Assembly (NCBI GenBank): GCA_965248535.1
Contig: CBDFJR010000005.1
Coordinates: forward strand, 672,001-736,000
Length of the DNA: 64,000 bases
From: Phormidesmis sp.
GTDB taxonomy: Bacteria > Cyanobacteriota > Cyanobacteriia > Leptolyngbyales > Leptolyngbyaceae
Direction of reading: 5' to 3'
Of this stretch, positions 27,558 through 38,212 are shown piece after piece; the stretch's first letter is position 1, and every line of letters starts with the position of its first letter. Made by a program: the position numbers and the translations under genes. Below the pieces are notes generated by a model. The model made no database searches. It was not told the DNA's origin and saw only the letters and a program-made list of their open reading frames with translations.

Positions 27558-28649
27558 TTAAACTCTAGAATCTCTTGCAAACGTTAACCCACTGTAGAGA
27601 TGAAAAGCCGGATTCCAGGGGCTAGTGTCTTGACCCCAGAGATGAACGTGAGACTTGAGGCGCTGGAGCAAATTAGGAAACTCGATCGCGGTTTCTGCAA
27701 AAGGAGTGAACTCTGACCAAATTGGCTGCTCAGGGAGTTGATAGTTGAGAAATGCGAGTAAATGATTCCAGAAAATGCGATTGGTGGTTTGAGCGATCGT
27801 GGCCGTTGAGTCTGAAAAAGCCATCCCTTGATGAAACTGATAATTTAGGTCGCAGATTCTCAAAATGCAGCGCCTTTTAGGAAGATGCAAATCGCAAATA
27901 TGAGCATAGTCTTGGGTTTGCTCTTTGCGCTGTCGCTGTGTCTTTTGTCGAGCATCGGTGTCAACAACTTGCTCAAAGATGGGCAGTCGTCCGATAACGC
28001 GCTGTGTCACTTCTGCCCAATCGAAACTGAGAGAACCCAGTTGATCGTGCTCATTTTTGCAGACTGCAATTGCTTTAGGCTGATAGTCTTGAAAATGTTG
28101 AACTTGAAAGACTTGTAGCGTTTGAAGCGCTTCTAGAGGTGCCCAAAACGCTGGAATTTCGGACTCTCTAAGCTGCTGTCCATAGAGTTGCAGTTCTCCG
28201 ATCGCGCCCGTGCGATAGAGCCGCCAGCCGCGATGAGGAAGCTGTAGCCTGGCTGTGTAGGCATCTAGCTTCATGATTCGAGCAAAGTTTTGAGCCGCTG
28301 TCGTGCGACTGTCAGGAGCGATCGGTTCTAAGATTAACATCCCCATCTCGGCATTTTGGGGATCGGCGGTGGCTTGGGCGATCGCGGCTTGTTGGCGAGT
28401 TTGAGCTAGGGCTGCCAGTCGCTGAATGCCTTGCCGAGCCTGACCCGCAACTTTGGGATTGACCACATCGCGCAACAATTGCCGATAGATTTCTTCGGCC
28501 GCCTCTAATTTGCCAGACACTTCATAGAGCCGCCCGCGATAAAGCTGCCCATAGGGGTTTTGGGGCGATTCACGCAAGAATTCTTTAAGCAACTTGGCGG
28601 CGGTGCGATAGTCTTGACGATCGAAGGCGGCAGCAATTTGATCCAGCAT
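27558..28649 (-). CDS. Tetratricopeptide repeat protein
   Basis: N-terminal TPR-like helices (AFDRQDYRTAAKLL...YRGRLYEVSGKLEAAEEIYRQLL). Confidence 0.8.
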   Translation of the reverse strand: MLDQIAAAFDRQDYRTAAKLLKEFLRESPQNPYGQLYRGRLYEVSGKLEAAEEIYRQLLRDVVNPKVAGQARQGIQRLAALAQTRQQAAIAQATADPQNAEMGMLILEPIAPDSRTTAAQNFARIMKLDAYTARLQLPHRGWRLYRTGAIGELQLYGQQLRESEIPAFWAPLEALQTLQVFQVQHFQDYQPKAIAVCKNEHDQLGSLSFDWAEVTQRVIGRLPIFEQVVDTDARQKTQRQRKEQTQDYAHICDLHLPKRRCILRICDLNYQFHQGMAFSDSTATIAQTTNRIFWNHLLAFLNYQLPEQPIWSEFTPFAETAIEFPNLLQRLKSHVHLWGQDTSPWNPAFHLYSGLTFARDSRV

Positions 28650-28689
28650 GGTTGACTCAGACTGAAGGGCTATTTCTTTTTTTCAGTCT

Positions 28690-29424
28690 TCACTCTTCAT
28701 TCTTCATTTTTTCTAAGACTCCTGCAACTAGTGAGAGCGCTACGATCGGGGCCGTCACGGCTCGCAAAATGCGCCGACCGAGCGAAATTGGCTGATAGCC
28801 CGCCGCGATCGCGCCTTCGATTTCAGAATTTGTCCAGCCGCCTTCGGGCCCGATCGCCAAGGTGATTAAAGGACAAACCGCCTGGTCTAAATAATCCAGC
28901 AAATGGATCGAGTCGCCTCGTGCGAGAGCGATCAAGCGGCAGGTGTTGGGATTGGACGATTCTGTTTGGAGGCGATCGCACCAAGAAACCGGATCTAAAA
29001 TCTCAGGCACGATTTGCCGCTCACATTGCTCTGCGGCTTCTTGGGCGATGCGTCGCCAGCGTTCTAGCTTGTTGGCACTCGGATGCAGAAGAGTTCTCTC
29101 AGTGATCACGGGCGCAATGCACGTCACACCTAATTCTGTGAGTTGCCGCACGACCTCATCAAACCCGTTGCCTTTGGGGAGGGACAGCACTAACGTCACC
29201 GAGATCGGCAGTTCAGACTGGGCGTGAATCGGGTCTAAAATCTGTGCCCGATCGCCCTCTAAAGCCGCTAGCCAACCGTGTCCTTGCCCATCCATCGCGA
29301 TGAACTGACCGCCCGATCGCAGCCGCAAAACTCGACTCAAATAATGCTGCTGCTCGATCGTCAAAACTATCTGCTGCTGATCAATTTGAGAGGGAGTGAT
29401 CACGAGCCTTTGCAACTGAGCCAT
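28690..29424 (-). CDS. rsmE: 16S rRNA m3U1498 methyltransferase
   Basis: HYLSRVLRL, TELGV, EAAEQCER, IGPEGGW, LGRRILRAVTA. Confidence 0.96.
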   Translation of the reverse strand: MAQLQRLVITPSQIDQQQIVLTIEQQHYLSRVLRLRSGGQFIAMDGQGHGWLAALEGDRAQILDPIHAQSELPISVTLVLSLPKGNGFDEVVRQLTELGVTCIAPVITERTLLHPSANKLERWRRIAQEAAEQCERQIVPEILDPVSWCDRLQTESSNPNTCRLIALARGDSIHLLDYLDQAVCPLITLAIGPEGGWTNSEIEGAIAAGYQPISLGRRILRAVTAPIVALSLVAGVLEKMKNEE

Positions 29425-29447
29425 TGTAAATCTCTAATAACTTCAAT

Positions 29448-29479
29448 AAAAAAGTAGGAGCGAATTAAACACCCCTACT
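29448..29479 (-). terminator. Probable terminator after sir
   Basis: Minus strand GTAGGGG...CTCCTAC-TTTTTT. Confidence 0.55.
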
Positions 29480-29507
29480 CAAACAGCAGATAGCCCGATC
29501 GGAGCTT

Positions 29508-31484
29508 TTAAGAATCCGTATTGCCAAGATAAGTTTCTAGCGCGTCTGCCACAAGTTCGGTGATTGGTTTGCCTTGCGTTTTAGAGGCTTGTTGAAGTCG
29601 AGCATACATCTCACGACGAATGCCAACCCGATGCCGAGATTTGAGCGTCACCTTTTCAGAGTCAGCCGACTCCACATCTTCAAAGTCATTGGTTGAGACG
29701 GTGACGACCTCATCAAAACCATCTGATTGATAGTCACTGACAAATTGACGCAGGGCATCAAAGCCAACGCGATCGCAGAAATCACCAAAGCTTTCTCCCG
29801 CTGTCCGTGACTGTTTAAAGTAGACAAACATCGGCTCCAAAAACGTTTCCAAGTCGTCAATGTGCAGCTTCTCGACATAGGCGCGAGACAGTCGGGTTTG
29901 ATTGGGGCACGCCCCCAGCCACATTTGATAGGTGTCGGGCCCGTTACCGACAAACCCAAGCTCTGCCAAATAAGGACGGGCGCATCCGTTAGGGCAACCT
30001 GTCATGCGAATGATAAACGATTCGTCGGGCAATCCAACTTTGATTAGCAGTGCCCGGATGCGCTCCAAAATCGAAGGAATGACTCGCTCTGATTCGGCGG
30101 TTGCTAACCCGCAAGTGGGCAACGCCGGACACGCCATTGAGTAGCGCAATAGCGTATCGATTTCGTCTTCGCGCTTGATGCCGCAGCGAGTTAAGATCTG
30201 CTGAATTTCAGACTTTTGAGCCGGATCGATTTCGTAAAGAATCAAGTTTTGGCTGGGCGTAACCAGCATCGGCAAATTGAATTTCTCAACCAGTTCGCGC
30301 AGGGCGGTTTTGAGTTGAAACGCGCCTTCGTTTTTGACGCGACCGTTTTCGACCGAGATGCCGACAAACAGCTTGCCGTCTCCTTGCTCATGCCATCCCA
30401 AAAAGTCCAAATATTTGAACTCAGGCAAGGGCTTAAACGGCTCAAACGGTTTGCCAAAATATTCTTCGACCTTAGCGCGGAATTTCTCAACGCCCCAGTC
30501 TTCGATCAGATATTTCATTCTCGCGTGACGACGATCGGTGCGATCGCCATAATCGCGCTGAGTTGCCACGATCGCTTTCACCGCGTCGTAGACATCATCT
30601 TTGGCGACATAGCCAATCTCATCTGCCAACCGAGGAAACGTCTCTTCTTTGTTGTGAGTTCGTCCTAAACCGCCACCCGCAAACACATTAAAGCCTTCTA
30701 ACTCGCCCTGCTCATTGGTGAGAACGACTAAGCTGACATCCTGCGAATATAAATCGACCGAGTTATCGCCCGGAACGGTGACGCTGATTTTGAACTTACG
30801 GGGCATATAGTGCGTGCCGTAAATCGGTTCGGGGTTGTCATGCACGATCGTGCCTGTGCCATTTTTTTGACGCGCCGCGATCACATCAGGATTCTCTTCT
30901 GCCGAGATGAACTTTTCACCATCGAGCCAAATTTCATAATAAGCGCCCGTCTGAGGAGTCAGCAGATCCGCGATTTTGTGCGAATACTCGTAGGCATATT
31001 GATAGGCAGGGCTGTTGCGAAACGGAGCCGGAGGAGCCATCACATTTCGGTTAACATCGCCGCAAGCGCCTAGGGTGTTGCCCATATTACGCACGATCGC
31101 TGCCAGTGACGCTTTCAAATTCTTTTTGAGAATGCCGTGTAGCTGAAAGCCTTGGCGGGTCGTGGCTCTAATCGTGTGATTGCCATAGTCATCAGAGATC
31201 CGATCGAGCGCCAAATAAAGCTCAGGCGGAATAAAACCACCCGGACTGCGGGTTCGCAGCATCATCTGATAGTCTTTTTCTTGACCTTTGGCGCGGTTGT
31301 CTCGATTGTCTTGCTGATAAGAGCCGTGAAACTTGAGAATCTGAATCGCATCTTCTGTGAAGTGCGTCGTATCCATCAAAAGCTCAGACGCGACGGGTTC
31401 TCGCAAAAAATCACTGCGATCTTTGAGTCCTTCGACTTTAGAAGGCTTGCGGGTGGTGGTGTTAGGTGTCGAAGATATAACCAT
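29508..31484 (-). CDS. sir: Ferredoxin-dependent sulfite reductase
   Basis: [57 protein letters not shown]. Confidence 0.97.
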   Translation of the reverse strand: MVISSTPNTTTRKPSKVEGLKDRSDFLREPVASELLMDTTHFTEDAIQILKFHGSYQQDNRDNRAKGQEKDYQMMLRTRSPGGFIPPELYLALDRISDDYGNHTIRATTRQGFQLHGILKKNLKASLAAIVRNMGNTLGACGDVNRNVMAPPAPFRNSPAYQYAYEYSHKIADLLTPQTGAYYEIWLDGEKFISAEENPDVIAARQKNGTGTIVHDNPEPIYGTHYMPRKFKISVTVPGDNSVDLYSQDVSLVVLTNEQGELEGFNVFAGGGLGRTHNKEETFPRLADEIGYVAKDDVYDAVKAIVATQRDYGDRTDRRHARMKYLIEDWGVEKFRAKVEEYFGKPFEPFKPLPEFKYLDFLGWHEQGDGKLFVGISVENGRVKNEGAFQLKTALRELVEKFNLPMLVTPSQNLILYEIDPAQKSEIQQILTRCGIKREDEIDTLLRYSMACPALPTCGLATAESERVIPSILERIRALLIKVGLPDESFIIRMTGCPNGCARPYLAELGFVGNGPDTYQMWLGACPNQTRLSRAYVEKLHIDDLETFLEPMFVYFKQSRTAGESFGDFCDRVGFDALRQFVSDYQSDGFDEVVTVSTNDFEDVESADSEKVTLKSRHRVGIRREMYARLQQASKTQGKPITELVADALETYLGNTDS

Positions 31485-31789
31485 TAGACTGCTGCGATCG
31501 GTAAAGGAGGATTAAGCCGTCAGCCATCTCGTTTGCAGTGCAAATGCAGATGACAAATGACCGAGAAACTGTTTATTCCCAGTAAGTCGGTCGGAATTGC
31601 GATGATGATCCCATGGTACCATCGCAATTAATTCTATGAAGCGATCGTCAGGAATGATTTAATGCGTGCGAGATTCGTTACACAGGTTGAACCAGTCGCT
31701 TCGTAGGCACAGCCTTAACTTCGTGAAGGGTCTTAGGCATTGGATTGAGGCTCTAGTGAAGTATTCGATCTCGGCGATCGCCATGCTCT

Positions 31790-31819
31790 TTATTTCAAAG
31801 AGGGAATATCTTTAGGCAT
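31790..31819 (-). pseudogene. Stub of a HicA-like toxin gene (9 codons)
   Basis: ATG overlaps the end of the hicB-like gene; reads MPKDIPSLK then TAA, resembling a HicA N-terminus. Confidence 0.45.
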
Positions 31820-32078
31820 GAACTGCCCTAAATTCGTAAACTTCTGATGCTGGCTCCTTCGACTCCAGCATCAGAAACTCATGCAATTCCTTAATGGGAA
31901 CGGGAGCGCAGTAAATATCAGATTTAGAGTCATAAACTTCTTGAAACGACTCAATTGCTTGCTTCAGGCTTGTAACTGCGCTGTCCTGCGTCTCACCCTG
32001 CCCCACAATGCCATTCTCTAAACATAAAGCAACCCAATGCCCTCCACTTTGGCGCAGAATAGCGGTGTAAAAATCCAT
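31812..32078 (-). CDS. HicB-family antitoxin
   Basis: YTAILRQSGGHWVALCLENGIVGQGETQDSAVTSLKQAI pattern. Confidence 0.8.
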   Translation of the reverse strand: MDFYTAILRQSGGHWVALCLENGIVGQGETQDSAVTSLKQAIESFQEVYDSKSDIYCAPVPIKELHEFLMLESKEPASEVYEFRAVHA

Positions 32079-32180
32079 TTTGACTGCTCATTCAAACAAC
32101 CTAACTTTCGCATTGTAGAACAGGTTTGACTGCCCTATCGATATTCTCAAGGCCCACGATCGCCCCTTTAGAATTGAAAG

Positions 32181-34437
32181 ATGAAGCGATCGTCACAGCC
32201 CATAATTAAAGATCTCGTCTTAATCGGTGGTGGACACAGCCACGCGATCGCTCTGCGAATGCTTGGGATGCACCCACTGCCCGGAGTGCGGTTAACCCTG
32301 ATCACCGAAGCCTCTGACACGCCTTATTCAGGGATGTTGCCGGGGCACGTTGCTGGGTTTTATGATCACGAAGACTGTCATATTAATCTGCGATCGCTCT
32401 GTCAATTTGCTCAGGCTCAGATTGTGATCGACTCCGCGATCGGATTAGACCTAGAAAACAATCGAGTCTTGTGTGCCAATCGTCCGCCTGTCGCATTTGA
32501 TTGGGTGTCGATCGACATTGGCAGCACTCCAACTTTGCCGCAAGCGATCGGGGTCGCCGAGCACAGCATTGCAGCCAAACCCGTTCAGCAGTGGTTGACA
32601 TGGTGGAATCGATTCACCGACTCTCTCGAGCAAAACCCTGAGCAACCCCTAACTCTTAGCATTGTCGGCGGCGGAACTGGGGGCGTTGAGCTAGCTCTCA
32701 ATATGCAGCATCGCATACACGACATTTTGCAAAAAGCTGGACAACCGCCCGATCACCTGACTCTGCACCTCTTTCACCCAGGAGCAGAGCTAATGCCCAA
32801 ACACAATTCTTGGGTGCGGCGCTATTTCAGGGATCTCCTCACGCAACGAGGCATTCATCTGCACTTGTCTGAACGGGTGTTTCAGGTTGAGTCGGGGCTG
32901 GTGATCACTGAGTCGGGCTTAAAAATTCTGTGTGATGCAGTGGTTTGGGTCACCCAAGCGTCGGCTCCTGACTGGGTGGGCAAAGCCGGGTTAGCGGTCG
33001 ATCAAGTCAGGCTTTATTCTCGTCAACGATGCCTTGCAGTCTGTGTCTCACCCTCACGTTTTTGCGGCGGGAGACATTGCTACGATGGTCAACTACGATC
33101 GCCCCAAAGCCGGAGTTTTTGCAGTTCGGCAAGGGAAGCCGTTGTTCAAAAATCTGCAAGCCGTCATTCTCGATCAACCGCTCCAATCCTACCGTCCTCA
33201 AAAAAACTATCTCAGCTTGATCGGCACGGGAGATCGATCTGCTGTCGCCTCTTATGGGTCAGTTGGCTGGCGATCGTCGCTATTATGGACGCTCAAAGAT
33301 CGCATCGATCGGGCTTTTATGCGCCAATTTGATGATCTTCCTATAATGGCGGACGATGAACCTGCTAGTGGAGATCTCAATCAGCCCTTGATGCGCTGTT
33401 TGGGCTGCGGTGCCAAAGTTGGGGGCAACACCTTAGAGCGATCGCTGCAACGCATCCATCTAGACCAAGCGACTAGCCTTCAACCTTCAGAGATTCTCAT
33501 CGGACTAGATGCGCCCGATGATGCTGCTGTGGTGCAAGTCCCGATCGGGCAAGTCTTAGTGCAAACGATCGATTACTTTCCCGCTTTGCTAAATGATCCG
33601 TTTTTGTTTGGTCAGATTAGCACTCATCACAGCTTGAGCGACTTGTTTGCAATGGGGGCAACCGCGCACAGTGCGCTGGCGATCGCGACAATTCCCTACG
33701 CTAGCGAAGCCAAGCAAGAAGAAACCCTCTATCAGCTACTCTCTGGGGCGGTCAAAGCCCTTCAGCAATCGGGTGCAGTTTTAGTCGGCGGCCACACGGT
33801 CGAGGGTGAAGCCTTAGCGTTTGGCTTATCGTGTAATGGCTTTGCCGATCCCACTCGGCTGCTTTGCAAAGGCGGAATGCAGCCTGGACAAGTGCTGATT
33901 TTGACCAAAGCGATCGGCACCGGAACGCTGTTTGCAGCCGAAATGAGGCGACAAGCCAAAGCGCGCTGGATCGATGGCGCGATCGCATCCATGCTGATCT
34001 CTAATCAGCAAGCGGCTGCCTGTTTTCTGACTCATGGTGCCACGGCTTGCACCGACATCACAGGCTTTGGCTTAATGGGGCATTTGGTTGAAATGACGCG
34101 GGCATCGGCTCTGTCAGTTCAGCTAAATCTGTCTACACTGCCGATTTTAGAAGGCGCACGGCAGACCGTTCAACAGGGCATTTTTAGTTCTCTCTATCCT
34201 CAAAATCTACGATCGAGTCTGGCGATCGCTAACCTCGATCAAGCCAACCATCACGCTGACTATCCCTTATTGTTTGACCCTCAAACGTCTGGCGGTTTAT
34301 TGGCTAGCCTGGATGTCGATCGGGCAGATGCCTGTTTAGAGGCACTTCGAGCCGTGGGGTATTTAGAAGCCACGATCGTGGGTCATGTGTTGCCAAAAAG
34401 CGCTTCTGAGTTGCCATTTATTCTCTGTCAAAGTTGA
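32181..34437 (+). pseudogene. selD: FAD-dependent pyridine nucleotide-disulfide oxidoreductase / selenide,water dikinase (SelD) fusion, +1 frameshift near 33005 as sequenced
   Basis: LVLIGGGHSH, YSGMLPG, IVGGGTGGVE; after the shift GFILVNDALQSVSHPHVFAAGD, RCLGCGAKVG, DDAA, SDLFAMG, GGHT, TDITGFGL, DPQTSGGLL. Confidence 0.9.
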
Positions 34438-34508
34438 GAATTATCTCTAACAGTCCACCAAACTAACTCTGAGGAGTCATCTCGAACTCCTGAGCCAAGA
34501 TCTCGTTT

Positions 34509-34585
34509 GCAGGGGGTTTGGGGGAGGCAACCGTCCCCCAATGGGGGTTTGGGGGCACGCCCCCAAGGGTCGGCAGCCCAAGACC
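34509..34585. repeat. GC-rich double-hairpin repeat (REP/MITE-like)
   Basis: Two GGGGGTTTGGGGG units (34512, 34543), each closing a TTGGGGG...CCCCCAA hairpin; between convergent genes. Confidence 0.6.
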
Positions 34586-34636
34586 ATCGCCTCATCGCCA
34601 AAGCTCTGTACTAGTCAACGTTGAACTGGTGAACTA

Positions 34637-35548
34637 CTAGTCCAGCACCCGCTCTGCAAGTCTGAGTTTTGCCGATCGGGATCTAGGATTTTCTTTTAAC
34701 TCATCTTCTTGGGCAACGATCGGTTTTTTGGTCAGCACTTGCAGCAGCGATGACTCTTTTAATCGATGTTTGACAATCCGATCTTCTAAACTGTGAAAAC
34801 TAATAATCGCGATTCTGCCCTCTGGCTTCAGCCATTGCGGAGCCTGATTGACAAACGTCTCTAAAACCGTGAGTTCTTGATTGACCGCAATGCGAAGGGC
34901 CTGAAATACGCGAGTCGCCGGGTGAATTCGCCCATAGCGATATTGACGAGGGACTGAGTGGGCGATCGTGTCCGCCAGTTCGGTCGTAGTCAAAAAAGGT
35001 CGCCGCTCTACAATCCGTCTGGCAATTTTGCGTGAGAGCCGCTCTTCGCCATAGGTGTAGAAAATATTAGCGAGTTTAACTTCGCCCCAGTGATTGATAA
35101 TCTCGGCCGCCGTGAGCAATTGCCCGCGATCCATTCGCATATCGAGCGGCGCTTCGTGACGAAAACTAAAGCCCCGATCGGCGATATCAAACTGAGCAGA
35201 ACTCACCCCCAAATCTGCCAAAATGCCATCAAACCTGGTCTCACCTGGGCTGAAATTGGCAAAGTTGCCGTGCTGGAATTGAACACGATCGCCAAATTCC
35301 GCGAGTTTCTGGGTGGCCGCCGCGATCGCCTGATCATCCTGATCAAGAGCCGTCACCCTTACCCCGTCGGCCGCTGCCAAGATCAGGGCTGTGTGCCCGC
35401 CGCCGCCCACTGTCGCATCTAAATAATGACCGCCGGGACGAATAGCCAACCCTTCGATCACCTCCCGATGCAGCACCGGAATATGTAAAAACTCAGGCAC
35501 GATCGCCTGATCAGCATCATCTGCTACAGAAGTCATAGGTTCAGCCAC
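34637..35548 (-). CDS. rsmH: 16S rRNA m4C1402 methyltransferase
   Basis: [25 protein letters not shown]...[38 protein letters not shown]. Confidence 0.97.
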   Translation of the reverse strand: MAEPMTSVADDADQAIVPEFLHIPVLHREVIEGLAIRPGGHYLDATVGGGGHTALILAAADGVRVTALDQDDQAIAAATQKLAEFGDRVQFQHGNFANFSPGETRFDGILADLGVSSAQFDIADRGFSFRHEAPLDMRMDRGQLLTAAEIINHWGEVKLANIFYTYGEERLSRKIARRIVERRPFLTTTELADTIAHSVPRQYRYGRIHPATRVFQALRIAVNQELTVLETFVNQAPQWLKPEGRIAIISFHSLEDRIVKHRLKESSLLQVLTKKPIVAQEDELKENPRSRSAKLRLAERVLD

Positions 35549-35866
35549 TCAAACACATCGCCCACCGTTAACTCTAGAGCCTTCACCGTTGAGCTTGCCC
35601 GACTCTCTCATCTTAGAAGCATCGGTTTGGTCTAACATCGATTCGCCTCAATTGATTTTCTGCAAAAACTTTATCGTCAGCTAAGTCTGTTCCAGTCAAC
35701 GTTTGCAGCCAGCAATCCCTATAATTGAGAAGGCGCAACCTCAGCGAGCAACAATATACATTCAGCTAATTAAACGCTTTCGACTCAACCGCTGCCAGTC
35801 ACCTACGATCTATTTGAGACTGAAGTAGAGCTATTCTAAAATCTGTAAGGGAGAGGCTGAACATCT

Positions 35867-37051
35867 ATGGCAATGCTCGAAACCAAAACCGAACCCATGA
35901 TTCTCAACATGGGGCCCCATCATCCCTCAATGCACGGCGTGATGAGGCTGATTGTCACCCTCGACGGGGAAAACGTGATCGACTGCGAACCCGTGATCGG
36001 CTACCTGCATCGAGGCATGGAAAAAATTGCCGAAAGCCGCACTAACATTATGTTTGTGCCCTATGTGAGCCGCTGGGACTATGCCGCAGGCATGTTTAAC
36101 GAAGCGGTGACGGTCAACGCGCCAGAAAAACTAGCCGGGATCGCAGTTCCCAAGCGGGCTAGCCACATTCGCGTCATCATGCTAGAGCTAAACCGCATTG
36201 CCAATCATCTGCTTTGGCTTGGCCCTTTTATGGCAGACGTGGGCGCACAAACTCCCTTTTTCTATATCTTCCGTGAGCGCGAACTGATCTATGACCTGTG
36301 GGAAGCGGCTTCTGGCTATCGCATGGTCAATCACAACTACTTTCGCATTGGCGGCGTTGCGGCTGATTTGCCCTATGGTTGGGTTGATAAGTGCCTAGAC
36401 TTCTGTGATTATTTTCTGCCCAAGGTTGATGAATATGAGCGACTGATCACTGACAATCCGATCTTTCGCAAACGGGTCGAAGCGATCGGCACCATCACCC
36501 GCGATGAGGCGATCAACTGGGGCCTGTCAGGGCCAATGTTGCGGGCATCGGGCGTTAACTGGGATTTGCGGAAAGTTGACCACTATGAATGCTATGACGA
36601 CTTTGACTGGGACGTGCAGTGGGAGACCGCCGGAGACTGCTTTGCCCGCTATATCGTGCGAATTCGCGAGATGCGTGAGTCGGTCAAGATTATCAGACAA
36701 GCGATCGCGGCTCTCCCTGGCGGGCCCTACGAAAATCTAGAAGCAAAGCGCATCGCAGAGGGCCCCAAGTCTGAATGGAATGGCTTTGACTATCAGTTTA
36801 TTGGCAAGAAGATCGCGCCGACGTTTAAGATTCCCAAAGGTGAACACTATGTGAGGGTCGAAAGCGGCAAGGGCGAGTTAGGCATCTTTATTATGGGCGA
36901 TGACAACCCATTTCCCTGGCGCTGGAAGATTCGGGCGGCTGACTTTAACAACGTGCAGATTTTGCCCCACTTGCTCAAAGGCATGAAGGTTGCTGATATC
37001 GTCACCATTTTAGGGAGCATCGACATCATTATGGGATCGGTCGATCGCTAA
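35867..37051 (+). CDS. ndhH: NAD(P)H-quinone oxidoreductase subunit H
   Basis: [46 protein letters not shown]. Confidence 0.98.
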   Translation: MAMLETKTEPMILNMGPHHPSMHGVMRLIVTLDGENVIDCEPVIGYLHRGMEKIAESRTNIMFVPYVSRWDYAAGMFNEAVTVNAPEKLAGIAVPKRASHIRVIMLELNRIANHLLWLGPFMADVGAQTPFFYIFRERELIYDLWEAASGYRMVNHNYFRIGGVAADLPYGWVDKCLDFCDYFLPKVDEYERLITDNPIFRKRVEAIGTITRDEAINWGLSGPMLRASGVNWDLRKVDHYECYDDFDWDVQWETAGDCFARYIVRIREMRESVKIIRQAIAALPGGPYENLEAKRIAEGPKSEWNGFDYQFIGKKIAPTFKIPKGEHYVRVESGKGELGIFIMGDDNPFPWRWKIRAADFNNVQILPHLLKGMKVADIVTILGSIDIIMGSVDR

Positions 37052-37075
37052 TCTCAACATCCATTTTTTAACGTG

Positions 37076-37106
37076 AGGGATGTGCTTTGGTGCATCCCTA
37101 TTTTTT
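37076..37106 (+). terminator. Intrinsic terminator after ndhH
   Basis: AGGGATG...CATCCCT-A-TTTTTT. Confidence 0.7.
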
Positions 37107-37278
37107 GTCTCAGCCTGTTGATTAACTAGACAAACCAAGATACTCTACTGGCGAAACAATAGAGAGATTCGTGCTATCGAATCATGAGGCTAAAGTTCCA
37201 GAGAAATTTTCATTTTCCACGGTGCGTCTTATTTTGCTATCTGCGATCGCCACCTGCATGTCGTTGCTGTTTAACCGA

Positions 37279-38208
37279 TTAAGACGCATGGCGATCGAAG
37301 AATTCCCAAATTTCTGCACTGCCGTTGAGTAGTTGATTGCTGCCGCTGCCGCCTCGCGGAAATAGATGCCCGACTCCTTTTAGCGTCACCAGTTCGACTT
37401 CTGACTGGGCTTGACAGGTGGGGTAGCGATCGCGGTCTACGCGCTCATTCACCGCTTGTTTGATGACCTTAGCACTACATTGATTATGCTGTCGCCAAAA
37501 CTCGATCGAGTCTGGCACTGAGAGAATCCAACCGTAGGGCACTTTAGGCGGTCGGCCGCCTTCCCAGGGCACTTTACGATCGGCAGTGCCATTCATCATC
37601 AGCATTGAGACGGGCTTAGATGATTTGCACTCGGCTTGCAGTTGTCCGGGGAGGGTGGCAACTACAGAGGCAAAGGCGGCAATGGGAGTAGAAGGGTCGC
37701 AGGCGAGACGCTGCACTAAAAAGCCACCGTTTGAAACTCCCATGGCGTAAATTCGACGTGAGTTGATGGCTCTAATTTGAGTCAGGTGCTCGATTAGTGT
37801 ATAGACAAAGCCCACATCATCGACTTGACTCCAGAAACCTTGGGCGAGGTTCCAGCGGCGATCGAGTCCGTCGGGGTAGACGACTAAAAATCCTTGCTGA
37901 TCGGCGAGGTCATTCAGCCCGCTGCTAGCCGCCAGATCTTTGCCCTGAGACCCATAGCCGTGAAAAGCCAGCACGATCGGGAGGGGACGATCCGATCGAT
38001 AAGACTTGGGCGTGTGTAAGACATAGGTTCGGGATTGCCCCTGATGGATTAGAGTGCCTGTCTGGTCACCGGGGCGGGCAACGGGTTTAGAGCTAGGACT
38101 AGAAGATGATGGAACCTCGGCCGTGGCTTGATGGCGACATCCTGCCGAGAGGACTATCAACATCAACGCTAGAAGTCCTTGAGCGAAAATTGTTTGCGAT
38201 CGCGTCAC
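37279..38208 (-). CDS. Lipoprotein alpha/beta-hydrolase (LpqC / PHB depolymerase-like esterase)
   Basis: Lipobox-like LSAGC, VLAFHGYG, VVYPDG, DDVGF, GVSNGG nucleophile motif, GTAD, GH. Confidence 0.88.
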   Translation of the reverse strand: MTRSQTIFAQGLLALMLIVLSAGCRHQATAEVPSSSSPSSKPVARPGDQTGTLIHQGQSRTYVLHTPKSYRSDRPLPIVLAFHGYGSQGKDLAASSGLNDLADQQGFLVVYPDGLDRRWNLAQGFWSQVDDVGFVYTLIEHLTQIRAINSRRIYAMGVSNGGFLVQRLACDPSTPIAAFASVVATLPGQLQAECKSSKPVSMLMMNGTADRKVPWEGGRPPKVPYGWILSVPDSIEFWRQHNQCSAKVIKQAVNERVDRDRYPTCQAQSEVELVTLKGVGHLFPRGGSGSNQLLNGSAEIWEFFDRHAS

Positions 38209-38212
38209 ACTA

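Noticed and set aside
33007..33332. C-terminal ~110 aa of the 383-aa ORF 32181..33332
   Set aside because: Out-of-frame read-through after the frameshift; the conserved sequence is in the other frame.
33390..33425. Selenocysteine in SelD
   Set aside because: Active-site codons are TGT/TGC (Cys); no in-frame TGA.
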